Under the pieces are notes generated by a model. The model had not been told where the DNA came from. It did not search any database and saw only the letters and a list, made by a program, of their open reading frames with translations. Below are positions 34,359 to 45,883 of a stretch of 64,000 bases of DNA, one piece after another; positions within the stretch are counted from its first letter, which is position 1; the number at the start of each line of letters is the position of its first letter. The DNA is from an uncultured Gammaproteobacteria bacterium (GTDB taxonomy: Bacteria > Pseudomonadota > Gammaproteobacteria > Pseudomonadales > JAHEGP01): positions 70,034 to 134,033 of the forward strand of contig CAVVVC010000003.1 of assembly GCA_963751595.1 (NCBI GenBank), given 5' to 3'. The position numbers and the translations under genes are program-made.

Positions 34359-36548
34359 ATGACCGAAGCTATTCTCGAAATTGCGCTTGCTACCCCTTTG
34401 CGCCGCTTGTTCGACTACCTGCCACCCAAGGGTGCGGAGGCTGTCGCGCTAAAGCCCGGGATACGGCTGAGCGTGCCGTTCGGCAAGCACACCGTGACCG
34501 GCCTCCTGCTTGGAGTCAAAAGCTCATCTGAACTGGCACCGACCAGGCTCAGGTGCGCAGCAGACTTCCTCGACAGCGAGCCGCTGCTGAGTCCCGAGAT
34601 GCTTGCGCTTTGCCGATGGAGCTCGAATTACTATCTACATCCCCTGGGAGACACCTTGTTTCATGCCTTACCGCCAACGTTGCGCAAGGGCCAGCCGGAC
34701 ACGGCATGCACATTGCCAGGCTGGCGACTCAACGCCCGGGGTGAGGGACTTGGCCCCGCAGCCTTTGCCCGCGCTCCGAGGCAACAGCAGGCGCTTGGCT
34801 ACCTGATTCAGCACCGGCAGGTGCTGGCAGGTGAACTCGACGCGCATGGCCTGTCTCGCGCGGCGTTGCAGGCCCTGGTAGCCAGGGGCGTGGTTGATCG
34901 CACAGAGATAGTGCCACAGCGGCCGCCTGTCGAGATCACCCCGGGCCCGCAGCTCAATCCGGAACAAAACGCCGCGGTTTCCAGGATTTGCCAGGAGTTG
35001 GGCCGGTTCTCACCCTTTCTGCTCGAGGGAATTACCGGCAGCGGAAAAACCGAGGTGTATCTGCATGCAATAGCCGCCGCCCTCGATCGGGGCGAGCAGG
35101 CGCTGGTATTGGTACCGGAGATAGGCCTTACGCCGCAGACCCTGGCCCGCTTTGAGGCGCGATTCCCGGGTCAAGTCGTAGCGCTGCATTCCGGTCTCAG
35201 CGACGGGGACCGCCTGCGGGGCTGGCAGGGCGCACGGCTCGGCATCAGCCGGGTCGTTGTTGGCACGAGGTCAGCCGTATTCACACCCTTCGAGTCCCTT
35301 GGGCTGATAGTCATCGATGAGGAGCACGACACTTCCTATAAACAGCAGGACGGTTTTCGCTATTCGGCGCGGGACGTTGCCGTTAAGCGTGCGCAACTCG
35401 AATCGATCCCGATAGTTCTGGGCTCGGCGACACCCTCAGCAGAAACCATGCAAAATGCCCGACTGGGACGTTACCAAACATTGCGGCTGCAAGCGCGTGC
35501 GGGGGATGCCACTGCGCCAAGCTACCAATTGCTGGACCTTCGGGAACAAAACCTGCTCGAGGGCTTTAGCGAGCCGCTGCTGGAAGCCATGCAACTCAAC
35601 CTCGACCAGGGCAACCAGGTTCTGGTTTTCCTCAACCGCCGGGGATTTGCCCCGGCGCTTATCTGCCATGACTGCGGCTGGGTCGCCGATTGCCAGCACT
35701 GCGACGTGCGCATGGTCGTACACAGGCGACTGCGAGTACTTAAATGTCACCATTGTGAATCCCAGACCGAGCTACCAAGCCGCTGCCCGGGGTGCGATAG
35801 CTCACGGCTTGTTGGCGTCGGCCTTGGCACCGAGCGCTCCGAGTCTTTTTTGCAGTCGCGTTTTCCTGCGACACCCATCCTGCGCATAGACCGTGACACC
35901 ACCCGCCACAAGGGGGCGATGGAGAAGTTTCTGGCACGTATCGGCAGCGGCGAGCCCGCCATCCTGGTTGGCACCCAGATGCTGGCCAAGGGGCATCACT
36001 TTCCCAGGGTGACCCTGGTGGCGGTGCTCGACGCGGATGCGGGGCTTTGTAGCACCGACTTCCGCGGCCCCGAACGCACCGCGCAGATGTTGATCCAGGT
36101 TGCCGGAAGGGCCGGTCGTGCGGACCGCCCGGGCAGCGTGATTATCCAGACCCATTTTCCCCAGCACCCTCTGCTGAGCCTGCTGATCCGCGATCAATAC
36201 CATCATGTCAGCGATCATATTCTGGCGGAACGCCGTGCCCTGCAGCTGCCGCCGTTCGGCCACATGGGGATCGTCCGCTGCGACACGCCGGATCAGCACA
36301 GCGCCGAAGATTTGCTATCCAGACTGCGTCAGTTCCTGGCCGCGGACGCCGACATCAACCTGATCGGCCCGCTGGCGCCACCAATAGCCCGACGCGCTGG
36401 TCGCTACCGCTCCCAGCTGCTGTTCAAAGCGACGCGGCGGCTACCGTTGCACCAATGCCTGCAGCGCGCCGTGGAATGGCTGCAGGAAAATGCAAAAGAC
36501 TATCGCTTGCGCTGGTCCGTGGATATCGACCCGCAAGATTTCATCTGA
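34359..36548 (+). CDS. priA: primosomal replication-restart helicase N'
   Basis: Walker A GITGSGKTEVY, VIDEEHD box, and four CxxC zinc motifs (CHDCG, CQHCD, CHHCE, CPGCD). Confidence 0.95.
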   Translation: MTEAILEIALATPLRRLFDYLPPKGAEAVALKPGIRLSVPFGKHTVTGLLLGVKSSSELAPTRLRCAADFLDSEPLLSPEMLALCRWSSNYYLHPLGDTLFHALPPTLRKGQPDTACTLPGWRLNARGEGLGPAAFARAPRQQQALGYLIQHRQVLAGELDAHGLSRAALQALVARGVVDRTEIVPQRPPVEITPGPQLNPEQNAAVSRICQELGRFSPFLLEGITGSGKTEVYLHAIAAALDRGEQALVLVPEIGLTPQTLARFEARFPGQVVALHSGLSDGDRLRGWQGARLGISRVVVGTRSAVFTPFESLGLIVIDEEHDTSYKQQDGFRYSARDVAVKRAQLESIPIVLGSATPSAETMQNARLGRYQTLRLQARAGDATAPSYQLLDLREQNLLEGFSEPLLEAMQLNLDQGNQVLVFLNRRGFAPALICHDCGWVADCQHCDVRMVVHRRLRVLKCHHCESQTELPSRCPGCDSSRLVGVGLGTERSESFLQSRFPATPILRIDRDTTRHKGAMEKFLARIGSGEPAILVGTQMLAKGHHFPRVTLVAVLDADAGLCSTDFRGPERTAQMLIQVAGRAGRADRPGSVIIQTHFPQHPLLSLLIRDQYHHVSDHILAERRALQLPPFGHMGIVRCDTPDQHSAEDLLSRLRQFLAADADINLIGPLAPPIARRAGRYRSQLLFKATRRLPLHQCLQRAVEWLQENAKDYRLRWSVDIDPQDFI

Positions 36549-36645
36549 ACATTGGCAAGCGTGCCCAAGCGAGAGATAATGGGCGATTTTGCCAGCTCGT
36601 GTAATCACGCCCACTTATCACCAACCTCCAGACTCCCAGGTAATC

Positions 36646-38331
36646 ATGAAACAAGCCCTCCTAGAGCTGCTCTCTCAGGCCGTCCAGAACCTGCAGGCCG
36701 GGTCCGTCCTGCCGGCCGATATCACACCCTCGATTCAACTGGAGACCACCCGCGACCCCAGCCATGGCGACCTCGCCTCCAATTTGGCCATGACTCTGGC
36801 CAAGCGCGCGGGCATGGCGCCCCGGGAACTGGCAGCCCAAATCGTCGCCGCCATCCCGGCCAATTCGATTATCGGCGATACCGAAATCGCCGGCCCGGGC
36901 TTCATCAACTTCTTCCTGGCAAAGTCAGCAGCGACCGCCGTAATCGGCGACATCCTCGAGAGCGGGGCCCGCTTTGGTGTCAACAACGATGGTGCCGGCG
37001 ACAAAGTGCAGGTGGAATTCGTTTCAGCCAACCCCACCGGCCCGCTGCATGTGGGTCATGGCCGCGGCGCTGCGCTGGGCGACTGCCTCTGTCGACTGCT
37101 GGCAGCGAACGGCTGGGAAGTAACCCGGGAATTTTACTACAACGACGCTGGCCAACAGATCAGCAACCTCGCCCTGTCAGTGCAGGCGCGCTGCCGGGGC
37201 ATAGCTCCGGGCCAGCCCCACTGGCCCGAGGATGGCTATCGAGGTGATTATATTGCCGATGTCGCAGCCGCCTACATGGCGGGTAGCGCGATCGTCGCCG
37301 AGGATCAGCACGTGGTCGGTGCCGCGGACCCGCAGGACCTCGACGCGATTCGCCATTTTGCCGTGGCTTACCTGCGCCGGGAGCAGGATCAGGACCTGCG
37401 AGCTTTCGGGGTTGAGTTCGATGTCTATTTCCTCGAGTCGAGCCTGTATGCCAACGACCAGGTTGAGCGGACGGTAGACGCACTGGTCGCCAGCGGCTAC
37501 TGCTACGAACAGGATGGGGCCCTGTGGCTGCGCAGCACCGAATTTGGCGATGACAAGGACCGGGTAATGCGCAAGACAGAGGGTGGTTACACGTATTTTG
37601 TCCCCGACATTGCCTACCATGTCGACAAATGGCAGCGGGGATTCAAACGGGTCGTCAACGAACAGGGGGCGGACCACCACAGCACAATCACCCGGGTGCG
37701 GGCCGGCCTGCAGGCACTCGATATCGGCATTCCCAAGGGTTGGCCAGAGTATGTGCTGCACCAGATGGTGACCGTGACCCGGGGCAAAGAGGAAGTGAAA
37801 ATTTCCAAGCGGGCCGGCAGCTACGTCACCCTGCGCGACCTGATCGACGAAGTCGGCCAGGATGCAACCCGGTTTTTCCTCGCCGCGAGGGCCCCTGATT
37901 CCCAGTTGACCTTTGACATCGATCTCGCGCGCTCCAGAACCAATGACAACCCTGTGTACTATATTCAATATGCCCACGCGAGGGTCTGCAGCGTTATGCA
38001 GAAGCTGGAGCAACAGGGCATGAATTACCACCAGACAGAGGGGCTCGATAAGCTGCAAATGCTGGAAAACGACAACGAAAAAGCTTTGATCAAGCGCCTT
38101 GGAGACTACGCCGACATTGTGCGCAGGGCCTGCGCCGCCAGCGAACCCCACCTTGTCGCCAATTACCTCAAGGAACTTGCCGGCGAGTTTCACAGCTTCT
38201 ACAACAACCACAAGGTCATCTGCGCAGACCCTTCGCTGCGTGCCGCCCGGTTATCGCTAACCCTCGCCGTCGGGCAGGTCATCCGCAATGGCCTGGCCCT
38301 GCTGGGCGTATCCGCTCCGGAGCATATGTAA
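36646..38331 (+). CDS. argS: arginine--tRNA ligase
   Basis: [20 protein letters not shown] (HIGH) and ...[16 protein letters not shown] (KMSK-like). Start trimmed to ATG 36646 (MKQALLELL). Confidence 0.95.
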   Translation: MKQALLELLSQAVQNLQAGSVLPADITPSIQLETTRDPSHGDLASNLAMTLAKRAGMAPRELAAQIVAAIPANSIIGDTEIAGPGFINFFLAKSAATAVIGDILESGARFGVNNDGAGDKVQVEFVSANPTGPLHVGHGRGAALGDCLCRLLAANGWEVTREFYYNDAGQQISNLALSVQARCRGIAPGQPHWPEDGYRGDYIADVAAAYMAGSAIVAEDQHVVGAADPQDLDAIRHFAVAYLRREQDQDLRAFGVEFDVYFLESSLYANDQVERTVDALVASGYCYEQDGALWLRSTEFGDDKDRVMRKTEGGYTYFVPDIAYHVDKWQRGFKRVVNEQGADHHSTITRVRAGLQALDIGIPKGWPEYVLHQMVTVTRGKEEVKISKRAGSYVTLRDLIDEVGQDATRFFLAARAPDSQLTFDIDLARSRTNDNPVYYIQYAHARVCSVMQKLEQQGMNYHQTEGLDKLQMLENDNEKALIKRLGDYADIVRRACAASEPHLVANYLKELAGEFHSFYNNHKVICADPSLRAARLSLTLAVGQVIRNGLALLGVSAPEHM

Positions 38332-38931
38332 TTGAGCCAGGATTTCGCCAAACGCAAAGCCAGCGGTGGCAAGGCGCGCAAAAATGTGCGCAACAAACCC
38401 GCCAACAATCAGCCCCCCTGGTTGTGGCTCGTTGCCGGGCTGGGCGCTGGGTTGCTACTGGGGTATCTCTATCACCTGGCCAGTCTGCCCGGGGAGGCCA
38501 CTGTCGACAGGGCCCAGGCCAGCAGCCAAAACGCCGAGCCCCAGGCCGATGAGTCGGTCCGATTCAATTTCTACACCCTGCTGCCCGAGCGCGAGGTTAT
38601 GGTTTCCCAGGAGCGCCAGCCGGCCCGGTCCCGGCCCGAAGAAAAACCCGACGACAAGAAAACGAACGCACAGACAACATCTGCTGAGGATGGGTACCGC
38701 TACTACCTGCAGGCAGGCTCTTTCCAGCAACGTGACGAAGCGGAGAAGCGTCGCATACAGCTGATTCTGCTCGACCTCGAGGGCAATATCGAAAAAGTCA
38801 GACACCAGGGTAAGTCCTGGTACCGGGTCCAGTCGGGTCCTTACCAAAACCGCAGTCAACTGGCCCAGGCGCAGGCCAAACTCAGCCAGGAAAACATCGA
38901 CTCGCTGGTGACCAAACGCAAGCCCGAGTGA
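38332..38931 (+). CDS. SPOR domain-containing (FtsN/DedD-like) membrane protein
   Basis: Basic N-terminus, one TM helix (WLWLVAGLGAGLLLGYLY), and a C-terminal SPOR-like block YYLQAGSFQQRDEAEKRR...SWYRVQSGPYQNRSQL. TTG start abuts the argS stop. Confidence 0.75.
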   Translation: MSQDFAKRKASGGKARKNVRNKPANNQPPWLWLVAGLGAGLLLGYLYHLASLPGEATVDRAQASSQNAEPQADESVRFNFYTLLPEREVMVSQERQPARSRPEEKPDDKKTNAQTTSAEDGYRYYLQAGSFQQRDEAEKRRIQLILLDLEGNIEKVRHQGKSWYRVQSGPYQNRSQLAQAQAKLSQENIDSLVTKRKPE

Positions 38932-39018
38932 GCCGGACTGTAGCGGGGAACCTTCTCGCGTCGTGAAAACCCAACTTCCGTAGCGCGTGCTACGTTACCC
39001 ATCGAACCCACCCACGGT

Positions 39019-39046
39019 CTTGAAATCCGAGCGACTGACCCCAACT
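39019..39046 (+). promoter_or_regulatory. sigma32 (heat-shock) promoter for hslVU
   Basis: CTTGAAA-13 nt-CCCCAACT against the consensus CTTGAAA-N13/14-CCCCATNT. It lies about 30 nt upstream of the hslV start, and hslVU is a classical sigma32 regulon member. Confidence 0.65.
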
Positions 39047-39075
39047 CGTAGAATTACCCAGGAGAGGATCGACCC

Positions 39076-39621
39076 TTGCAACAATATCGAGGCACCACCA
39101 TTGTTTCCGTACGCCGCGACAACCAGGTGGTTATAGGCGGCGATGGCCAGGTGAGCATGGGCAACACCGTAATGAAGGGCAATGCCCGCAAGGTCCGGCG
39201 ACTTTACCACGACGAGGTCATTGCCGGCTTTGCCGGGGGCACTGCTGATGCATTTACCCTGTTCGAGTTATTCGAGGGGCAACTGGAAAAATATCAGGGG
39301 CACCTGGTACGCGCGGCGGTAGAACTGGCCAAGGCCTGGCGCACCGAGCGCGCTCTCCGCCAGCTTGAGGCGCTGCTGGCCGTAGCCGATCAGGAAACCT
39401 CGCTGATCATTTCTGGCAATGGCGATGTGATAGAGCCCGAGCAAGGCCTCATCGCCATTGGTTCAGGGGGCCCCTTCGCCCAGTCAGCCGCCCGTGCACT
39501 GATCGACAACACCGAGTTGGACGCCCGCAAGATCGTTGAGAAAAGCCTCAATATTGCGGCTGACATCTGCGTCTACACCAACCACAACCTGACCATTGAA
39601 ACACTGCCGAGCCGCAGTTGA
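39076..39621 (+). CDS. hslV: ATP-dependent protease subunit HslV (with 6-residue N-terminal leader)
   Basis: ...[37 protein letters not shown]... TTG start lies 8 nt after GGAGAGG. No start codon directly precedes Thr. Confidence 0.95.
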   Translation: MQQYRGTTIVSVRRDNQVVIGGDGQVSMGNTVMKGNARKVRRLYHDEVIAGFAGGTADAFTLFELFEGQLEKYQGHLVRAAVELAKAWRTERALRQLEALLAVADQETSLIISGNGDVIEPEQGLIAIGSGGPFAQSAARALIDNTELDARKIVEKSLNIAADICVYTNHNLTIETLPSRS

Positions 39622-39653
39622 ATCTTCACCCCGATACGGGAGCAAGACCTGGT

Positions 39654-40982
39654 ATGACCGTGATAATGACACCGCGAGAAATAGCTCATGAATTGGACAA
39701 CCATATCGTTGGCCAGGACAAAGCCAAGCGTGCGGTCGCGATAGCCCTGCGCAACCGCTGGCGGCGGATGCAATTGGATGAATCACTGCGCGCCGAGATT
39801 TCGCCCAAAAACATCCTCATGATCGGTCCGACCGGGGTCGGCAAGACCGAAATCGCCCGGCGCCTGGCGAAACTGGCCAACGCCCCCTTTATCAAGGTCG
39901 AAGCCACCAAGTTCACCGAAGTCGGTTATGTGGGACGGGATGTCGAGTCCATCGTCAGGGACCTCGTGGACGCCGCCATCAAGCAACTCCGGGAGCAGGA
40001 GAAGGAAAAGGTCAGCAACCGTGCCGAGGACGCCGCCGAGGAGCGGATTCTGGACGCCCTGCTACCCCCTGCCAGGGGTCAGGCGGAATCGAAGGAGGAG
40101 TCCTCCACCCGGCAGATTTTTCGCAAGAAATTGCGCCAGCGTGAGCTCGATGACAAGGAAATCGAAATCGAGGTCAACGCAAGCCCGGCGGGCATCGATA
40201 TCATGGCGCCCCCCGGTATGGAGGAAATGACCAACCAGCTGCAGAACATGTTCTCCAACATGGCCAGCAAGCGCACCACGCCGCAAAAAATGACGGTAAA
40301 AGCCGCCCTGAAAAAACTGACGGACGACGAAGCCCTCAAAATGGTCAACGAAGAGGATATCAAGTCCCGGGCAGTCACCACGGTGGAGCAGACCGGCATC
40401 GTGTTTCTCGATGAGATCGATAAAATTGCCAAGCGCGGTGAAGCCGGCTCAGCGGATGTTTCGCGGGAGGGTGTGCAGCGCGACCTGCTGCCGCTGATCG
40501 AGGGCTGCACCGTCAGCACCCGCTACGGTATGGTGAAAACAGACCACATCCTGTTTATCGCCAGCGGCGCTTTTCATCTCACTCGCCCCTCCGACCTGAT
40601 TCCGGAAATGCAGGGCCGACTGCCGATACGCGTGGAACTGGATGCACTGGCACCAGAGGACTTCCAGCGCATACTGACCGAGCCGGATGCCAGCCTGACC
40701 GAACAATATATCGCTCTGATGGCAACGGAGGGGTTGCAGCTGAAATTCACCGACGACGGCATCCGCCGGATTGCGGAGATCGCCTGGGAGGTCAACGAGC
40801 GCACCGAGAACATCGGCGCGCGTCGCCTGCACACAGTGCTGGAACGATTACTTGAAGACGCCTCTTTCGATGCCACCGACCTGGCGGCCCGGGAACAGCA
40901 TATCGTGGTGGATACCGCCTACGTCGATGACAAACTGCAGGATCTCCATAAAGATGACGATCTCAGCCGCTTTATTCTGTAG
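39654..40982 (+). CDS. hslU: ATP-dependent protease ATPase subunit HslU
   Basis: [34 protein letters not shown] and Walker [16 protein letters not shown]. Start trimmed to ATG 39654. Confidence 0.97.
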   Translation: MTVIMTPREIAHELDNHIVGQDKAKRAVAIALRNRWRRMQLDESLRAEISPKNILMIGPTGVGKTEIARRLAKLANAPFIKVEATKFTEVGYVGRDVESIVRDLVDAAIKQLREQEKEKVSNRAEDAAEERILDALLPPARGQAESKEESSTRQIFRKKLRQRELDDKEIEIEVNASPAGIDIMAPPGMEEMTNQLQNMFSNMASKRTTPQKMTVKAALKKLTDDEALKMVNEEDIKSRAVTTVEQTGIVFLDEIDKIAKRGEAGSADVSREGVQRDLLPLIEGCTVSTRYGMVKTDHILFIASGAFHLTRPSDLIPEMQGRLPIRVELDALAPEDFQRILTEPDASLTEQYIALMATEGLQLKFTDDGIRRIAEIAWEVNERTENIGARRLHTVLERLLEDASFDATDLAAREQHIVVDTAYVDDKLQDLHKDDDLSRFIL

Positions 40983-40988
40983 CCGCTC

Positions 40989-41378
40989 ATGAGCCGCCAG
41001 TCGCCGCCATTGCCAAGCTCAATCGTACTGCACCGCGTGCGTCGCTGCCTGGAGCTCGGCTATGCCAACGGCGAGACCCTCGAACTCGCTGCCGAGTACC
41101 TCCGGGTGTTCTCCCCCTCCGCCGAGGTCAGGGGTCACGGCCGCGGGCAGGAGGTCCTGCAGTGGGGTAAAAAGGACGTTGCAATCACCAAGATCGAGCC
41201 CGTTGGCAACTATGCGCTACAGCTTGTTTTCGACGATGGCCACGATACCGGCATCTTCGCCTGGGATTACCTGTATCAGCTCGGCAGAGAATACCAGGCC
41301 AACTGGCAGCGCTACCTCGAACAACTGGAGCAGGCCGGTAAAAGCCGCGATCCCTCCCTGCAGATTCTGAAGCTGTAA
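40989..41378 (+). CDS. DUF971 (gamma-butyrobetaine hydroxylase-like N-terminal domain) protein
   Basis: ...AEYLRVFSPSAEVRGHG...GNYALQLVFDDGHDTGIFAWDYLYQLG is the typical DUF971 pattern; follows hslU as in pseudomonads. Confidence 0.8.
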   Translation: MSRQSPPLPSSIVLHRVRRCLELGYANGETLELAAEYLRVFSPSAEVRGHGRGQEVLQWGKKDVAITKIEPVGNYALQLVFDDGHDTGIFAWDYLYQLGREYQANWQRYLEQLEQAGKSRDPSLQILKL

Positions 41379-41464
41379 AACACGAGCAGGCCCTCCTTTT
41401 TTGACATGCGCCCGATCACCAAGACCGCTACAATAGCCGAGTCTTGATCACAGAGAAGGGTTTC

Positions 41465-42214
41465 ATGGCCAACGACAAAACAACTCACTTTGGCTATCGC
41501 CAGGTCGATGAAGACGACAAGGCGTCCCTGGTCGCCGGTGTTTTCCACTCGGTAGCGTCACGCTATGACCTGATGAATGATCTCATGTCAGGGGGCATCC
41601 ACCGCATATGGAAGCGCTTTACGATTGAAGTCAGCGGGGTTCGCAGGGGGCATGCCGTACTCGACATCGCCGGCGGCACTGGCGACCTGGCACTGAAATT
41701 CAGCCGCATTGTGGGCGACCAGGGCCTGGTCGTGCTGGCCGATATCAACGAATCCATGCTCAGCGTCGGGCGCGACCGGCTGACGGACCGGGGCGCCATC
41801 GCCAATATGGACTTCGCCCAGTGCGATGCCGAGGCGCTGCCCTTTGCAGACGATAGCTTCGACTGCATTACCATCGCGTTTGGCCTGCGCAACGTGACCC
41901 ACAAGGAAAAAGCCCTGGAGTCCATGCTGCGGGTGCTGAAACCCGGTGGCCGACTCCTGGTGCTGGAGTTTTCCAAGCCCGGCAACCCGGTACTGGAGAA
42001 ACTCTACGACACCTACTCTTTCAAGTTGTTGCCAGTGATGGGCAAACTGGTCGCCAACGACGCCGATAGCTACCGCTATTTGGCCGAGAGTATTCGCATG
42101 CATCCGGACCAGGAAAGCCTCAAGCAAATGATGGTGGAGGCCGGTTTCAGCCGTTGCGATTTCTACAACATGACCGGCGGCGTAGTAGCTCTGCACCGGG
42201 GCTTCAAACCTTGA
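41465..42214 (+). CDS. ubiE: demethylmenaquinone / 2-methoxy-6-polyprenyl-1,4-benzoquinol methyltransferase
   Basis: THFGYRQV..., [17 protein letters not shown], and SAM motif [15 protein letters not shown] 41465 lies 6 nt after GAGAAGG. Confidence 0.95.
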   Translation: MANDKTTHFGYRQVDEDDKASLVAGVFHSVASRYDLMNDLMSGGIHRIWKRFTIEVSGVRRGHAVLDIAGGTGDLALKFSRIVGDQGLVVLADINESMLSVGRDRLTDRGAIANMDFAQCDAEALPFADDSFDCITIAFGLRNVTHKEKALESMLRVLKPGGRLLVLEFSKPGNPVLEKLYDTYSFKLLPVMGKLVANDADSYRYLAESIRMHPDQESLKQMMVEAGFSRCDFYNMTGGVVALHRGFKP

Positions 42215-42867
42215 GCCTGACCCTGCACACCGCGGCGCTTGCAGCGCTGGAGAGTGGCATCAATCATGCCCTCGAAATGGACCCGGCGACCGCCCGGGCC
42301 CTGCAACAGCTCGACGGCAAGGTGTTCCGGCTTGAGCTGGTCGGCACGGGCGCCGACATCTTTCTGTTACCCCAACAGCAGGGCGTGACATTGCGAGGCT
42401 TCCACGACGGGCCGATCGACAGCCATGTGATTGGCACTGTCCCCGATTTCGTGGAACTGATCAGCGCCGAAGACCCGGCTTCGACCCTGATCAACGGCGG
42501 CATCCAACTCAGCGGTGATAGCGCACCACTACTGCAGCTTCAGAGCATTCTGCACCGTCTCGACCTGGACTGGGAAGGCGCCCTCGCCAGGGCCATCGGC
42601 GACATTCCCGCTCACCAAGTCGGTCGCCTGGTGCGCGGCGGGGTGCGCTGGGGAAAACACGCCGTGGACAGCATGAATCGCCAGCTGGAAGAATTCCTCC
42701 ACGAGGAAGCACGACTGTTGCCCCCGGAAGCTGAACTGCAGGACTTTTATGCCGACGTATCCCGACTCGAAGTCGATGTCGACCGGGCCGAGGCGCGCCT
42801 GGCGAAACAGCAACAGCGGCTGGCGAAACTGCTGCTCAGGCGACAACAGCAGGAGCGAGGCAGTTGA
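42211..42867 (+). CDS. ubiJ: ubiquinone biosynthesis accessory factor UbiJ (SCP2 domain)
   Basis: SCP2-like N-terminal half plus a coiled-coil C-terminus; sits between ubiE and ubiB. TTG start overlaps the ubiE TGA (TTGA). Confidence 0.8.
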   Translation: MSLTLHTAALAALESGINHALEMDPATARALQQLDGKVFRLELVGTGADIFLLPQQQGVTLRGFHDGPIDSHVIGTVPDFVELISAEDPASTLINGGIQLSGDSAPLLQLQSILHRLDLDWEGALARAIGDIPAHQVGRLVRGGVRWGKHAVDSMNRQLEEFLHEEARLLPPEAELQDFYADVSRLEVDVDRAEARLAKQQQRLAKLLLRRQQQERGS

Positions 42868-44501
42868 GCCTGAAATCCGCGTCCCGCGTTGGCAAGATCC
42901 TGGCCGTCGCACTGCAGCACAGGCTGGACCTGCTGCTGGACCGGGACCGCCTGCCCGCGACCGCGCGCTGGCTCACTTCGCCGCTGCGCATCCTCCCCGC
43001 CCCTTCGCAGCCAAGGGGAGTGCGCATTCGCGAGGCCCTGGAAGACCTGGGACCGCTTTATATCAAGTTTGGCCAAATGCTCTCGACCCGGCGAGACCTG
43101 CTGGCAGCCGATGTCGCCGAGGAACTGGCCAAGCTCCAGGACGAAGTCCCCCCTTTCGGCCAGGACAAGGCCATCGCCATCATCGAAAAGAGCCTCGATA
43201 CACCACTGGAACAACTTTTCAGCGCGTTTTCGCCAGAGCCGCTGGCGTCTGCCTCCATTGCCCAGGTTCACGCCGCCCGGCTCCACGATGGCAGGGAAGT
43301 GGTGGTTAAGGTCGTGCGCCCCAACCTCGAGGCGGTTATCCGCCAGGACGTGGCCCTGCTGTTGCTGCTGGCCAAATGGGTACAGCGCTATTCAGCCGAT
43401 GGCAGACGATTGCGACCGGTCGAGGTGGTGCAGGATTACGAGCAGACGATCATCGACGAATTGGACATGCAGCGCGAGGCGGCAAATACCTCGGTGCTGA
43501 GGAGAAACTTCAGCGAGTCCGACCTGCTGTATATTCCGGAGGTATACTGGGATTACACCGGGCGCGATGTGCTGGTAATGGAGCGCATAGACGGCATACC
43601 GGTGTCAGACATCGAAGCCATCAGGGCCCAGGGCATCGATATGAAAGCCCTGGCCGAGCGCGGCGTGGAAATATTCTTCACCCAGGTTTTTCGCGACAAT
43701 TTCTTCCACGCCGACATGCACCCCGGGAATATTTTCATTGCCCGGACAAATCCATCGAAGCCCCAGTATATCGGCATCGATTGCGCCATTATGGGTAGCC
43801 TCAGCGATTTCGACCGCTACTACCTGGCCCGCAACCTGATTGCCATATTCGATCGCGATTACCGGCTGGTGGCGCAGCTTCACGTCGAGTGCGGCTGGGT
43901 ACCCGCCAAGACCCGAGTGCAGGACTTCGAGGCAGCCATGCGCTCCACCTGTGAGCCGGTTTTCGAGAAACCGCTCGGGGAAATCTCCTTCGGCCAATTG
44001 CTTCTGTACCTGTTCCAGACCGCTCGCCGCTTCGATATGGAGATTCAACCCTCCCTGGTATTGTTGCAAAAAACCATGCTGGCCATCGAAGGCCTGGGCC
44101 GCGATCTCTACCCCGACCTCGATTTGTGGCAGACCGCCAAACCGTATCTCGACAATTGGATGAAGGAGCGCTACGCACCCACTGGCCTGGTACATCAGCT
44201 GCGCCAGCAGGCTCCCCAGTGGCTTGAGCAGCTTCCGCAGCTTCCGGAACTGGTGATGGACAACCTGCACAGGGGCAGCGAAACCCGGAACCTGCTCGAG
44301 CTGCAACAACGACAGTTGGAACAGGCTGCAGTAGATCGCGACGCCCTGCGCAAAGGTCGTCGCAACACCAAAATCACCGTACTGGCATTGGCGGCGGCCC
44401 TGCTCCTGGCCCAACCCGCGCTACTCCAGAGTATCAGGGAGCTGCCACCCGCCTCGCTCCTGCTGCTGGCGCTGGCGGCCGTGCTGGCACTGCGAAGTTA
44501 G
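42864..44501 (+). CDS. ubiB: ubiquinone biosynthesis protein kinase-like UbiB (ABC1 family)
   Basis: [32 protein letters not shown] and [12 protein letters not shown], plus C-terminal TM helices. TTG start overlaps the ubiJ TGA. Confidence 0.95.
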   Translation: MSLKSASRVGKILAVALQHRLDLLLDRDRLPATARWLTSPLRILPAPSQPRGVRIREALEDLGPLYIKFGQMLSTRRDLLAADVAEELAKLQDEVPPFGQDKAIAIIEKSLDTPLEQLFSAFSPEPLASASIAQVHAARLHDGREVVVKVVRPNLEAVIRQDVALLLLLAKWVQRYSADGRRLRPVEVVQDYEQTIIDELDMQREAANTSVLRRNFSESDLLYIPEVYWDYTGRDVLVMERIDGIPVSDIEAIRAQGIDMKALAERGVEIFFTQVFRDNFFHADMHPGNIFIARTNPSKPQYIGIDCAIMGSLSDFDRYYLARNLIAIFDRDYRLVAQLHVECGWVPAKTRVQDFEAAMRSTCEPVFEKPLGEISFGQLLLYLFQTARRFDMEIQPSLVLLQKTMLAIEGLGRDLYPDLDLWQTAKPYLDNWMKERYAPTGLVHQLRQQAPQWLEQLPQLPELVMDNLHRGSETRNLLELQQRQLEQAAVDRDALRKGRRNTKITVLALAAALLLAQPALLQSIRELPPASLLLLALAAVLALRS

Positions 44502-44560
44502 TACCTGCCGATAGCACTATGTCATAATGAAAAACCCGCGCCCAAGACCGCAAACATAGA

Positions 44561-44956
44561 ATGGCTGACGTACTGGAACAGGTGAAGTGGAATGCCGACG
44601 GGCTGGTGGCCGCTATTGCCCAGGACTGGCGAAGCGGCGAGGTATTGATGATGGCCTGGATGAACCGCGAGGCCCTGGCCGACACCATCAGCCGTGGCGA
44701 AGCCGTCTATTGGTCCCGTTCGCGCCAGCGGCTCTGGCACAAGGGAGAAAGCTCGGGCCACACCCAGAAGGTCAAGGCCCTGCGCCTCGACTGCGATGGC
44801 GACGCGCTACTGCTGGCTGTTGAACAAAGCGGGGGGATAGCATGTCATACCGGTCGGCGCAGCTGCTTTTTCCGCCGTTTAGAACAGGGCGATTGGCAGG
44901 TGACCGATGCCGCCCTCAAGAGCCCCCGGGCCATTTATGGTAACCACGATGACTGA
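44561..44956 (+). CDS. hisI: phosphoribosyl-AMP cyclohydrolase
   Basis: [32 protein letters not shown]...[16 protein letters not shown]...DCDGDALLL. Confidence 0.95.
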   Translation: MADVLEQVKWNADGLVAAIAQDWRSGEVLMMAWMNREALADTISRGEAVYWSRSRQRLWHKGESSGHTQKVKALRLDCDGDALLLAVEQSGGIACHTGRRSCFFRRLEQGDWQVTDAALKSPRAIYGNHDD

Positions 44957-45281
44957 TGTCCTGACGGCCTTGCAGCGCGCCATCGAACAGCGTATCGAAG
45001 ATTCCCAGCCCGACCAGTCCTATGTCGCCAGCCTGCATCAACGGGGGCTGAACAAAATCCTGGAAAAAGTTGGCGAGGAGTGTGTCGAAACCATCATTGC
45101 AGCAAAAGATGCCCGCATCAGCGGGGACAATTCGGCAGTCGTGGGCGAGACTGCAGACTTGTGGTTTCATAGCATGGTAATGCTCGCGGAGCTGGGTGAA
45201 TCAGCCGACAGCGTACTGAATGAGCTGAATCGCCGCTTCGGTCTTTCCGGCATCGACGAGAAAAATTCGCGCAACTCATAA
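44949..45281 (+). CDS. hisE: phosphoribosyl-ATP diphosphatase
   Basis: [31 protein letters not shown]...[17 protein letters not shown] 44949 overlaps the hisI end by 8 nt. Confidence 0.9.
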   Translation: MTDVLTALQRAIEQRIEDSQPDQSYVASLHQRGLNKILEKVGEECVETIIAAKDARISGDNSAVVGETADLWFHSMVMLAELGESADSVLNELNRRFGLSGIDEKNSRNS

Positions 45282-45298
45282 TCAGCAAGAGGTGTTTC

Positions 45299-45514
45299 AT
45301 GGGATTAGGTGGCATCAGTATCTGGCAACTTCTGATCATTCTGGCAATCGTGGTGCTGTTGTTCGGCACCAAACGTTTGCGCACGCTGGGCTCAGACCTC
45401 GGGGGCGCCATCAAGGGGTTCCGTAAGTCGCTGAATAGCGAAGAGGACGGCACTGAGCGCGGCCCAACCGAGGAAAACAATGTCAAACCCGATGAACCGG
45501 GGAAAACGCCCTAG
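45299..45514 (+). CDS. tatA: twin-arginine translocase subunit TatA
   Basis: [44 protein letters not shown]. Confidence 0.9.
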   Translation: MGLGGISIWQLLIILAIVVLLFGTKRLRTLGSDLGGAIKGFRKSLNSEEDGTERGPTEENNVKPDEPGKTP

Positions 45515-45523
45515 GTTAGCCCG

Positions 45524-45883
45524 ATGTTCGATATCGGCTTTTCAGAACTGCTACTGATCGCAGTGATCAGCCTGTTGGTGCTGGGGCCGGAGCGATTGCC
45601 CGGCGCGGTGCGCACGGCTACCACCTGGATCAGCCGCATTCGTCAGAGCTTCAATGAGGTGCGCAGTGAGTTGGAGCGCGAATTGAACACCACCGAACTC
45701 AAGCAGGACCTGCACAATCAGTCGATCCTCAAGCAACTCGAGGAAACCGGCAAGGAACTCAACCAGGATCTGGATGCGGTGCGTGCCGGCCTCCAGGACC
45801 TGCAGTTCGATGTCGACAGTAGTACCCGCCGGGAATCCACACCATCTCGCAATCCAGGCAATACCGCCGACCCCAACCCATGA
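45524..45883 (+). CDS. tatB: twin-arginine translocase subunit TatB
   Basis: [36 protein letters not shown]. Confidence 0.88.
   Translation: MFDIGFSELLLIAVISLLVLGPERLPGAVRTATTWISRIRQSFNEVRSELERELNTTELKQDLHNQSILKQLEETGKELNQDLDAVRAGLQDLQFDVDSSTRRESTPSRNPGNTADPNP

Noticed and set aside
37177-38211. A 344-aa minus-strand ORF inside argS.
   Set aside because: It lies entirely within argS, which has HIGH/KMSK motifs. Long stop-free antisense frames are expected at about 60% GC.
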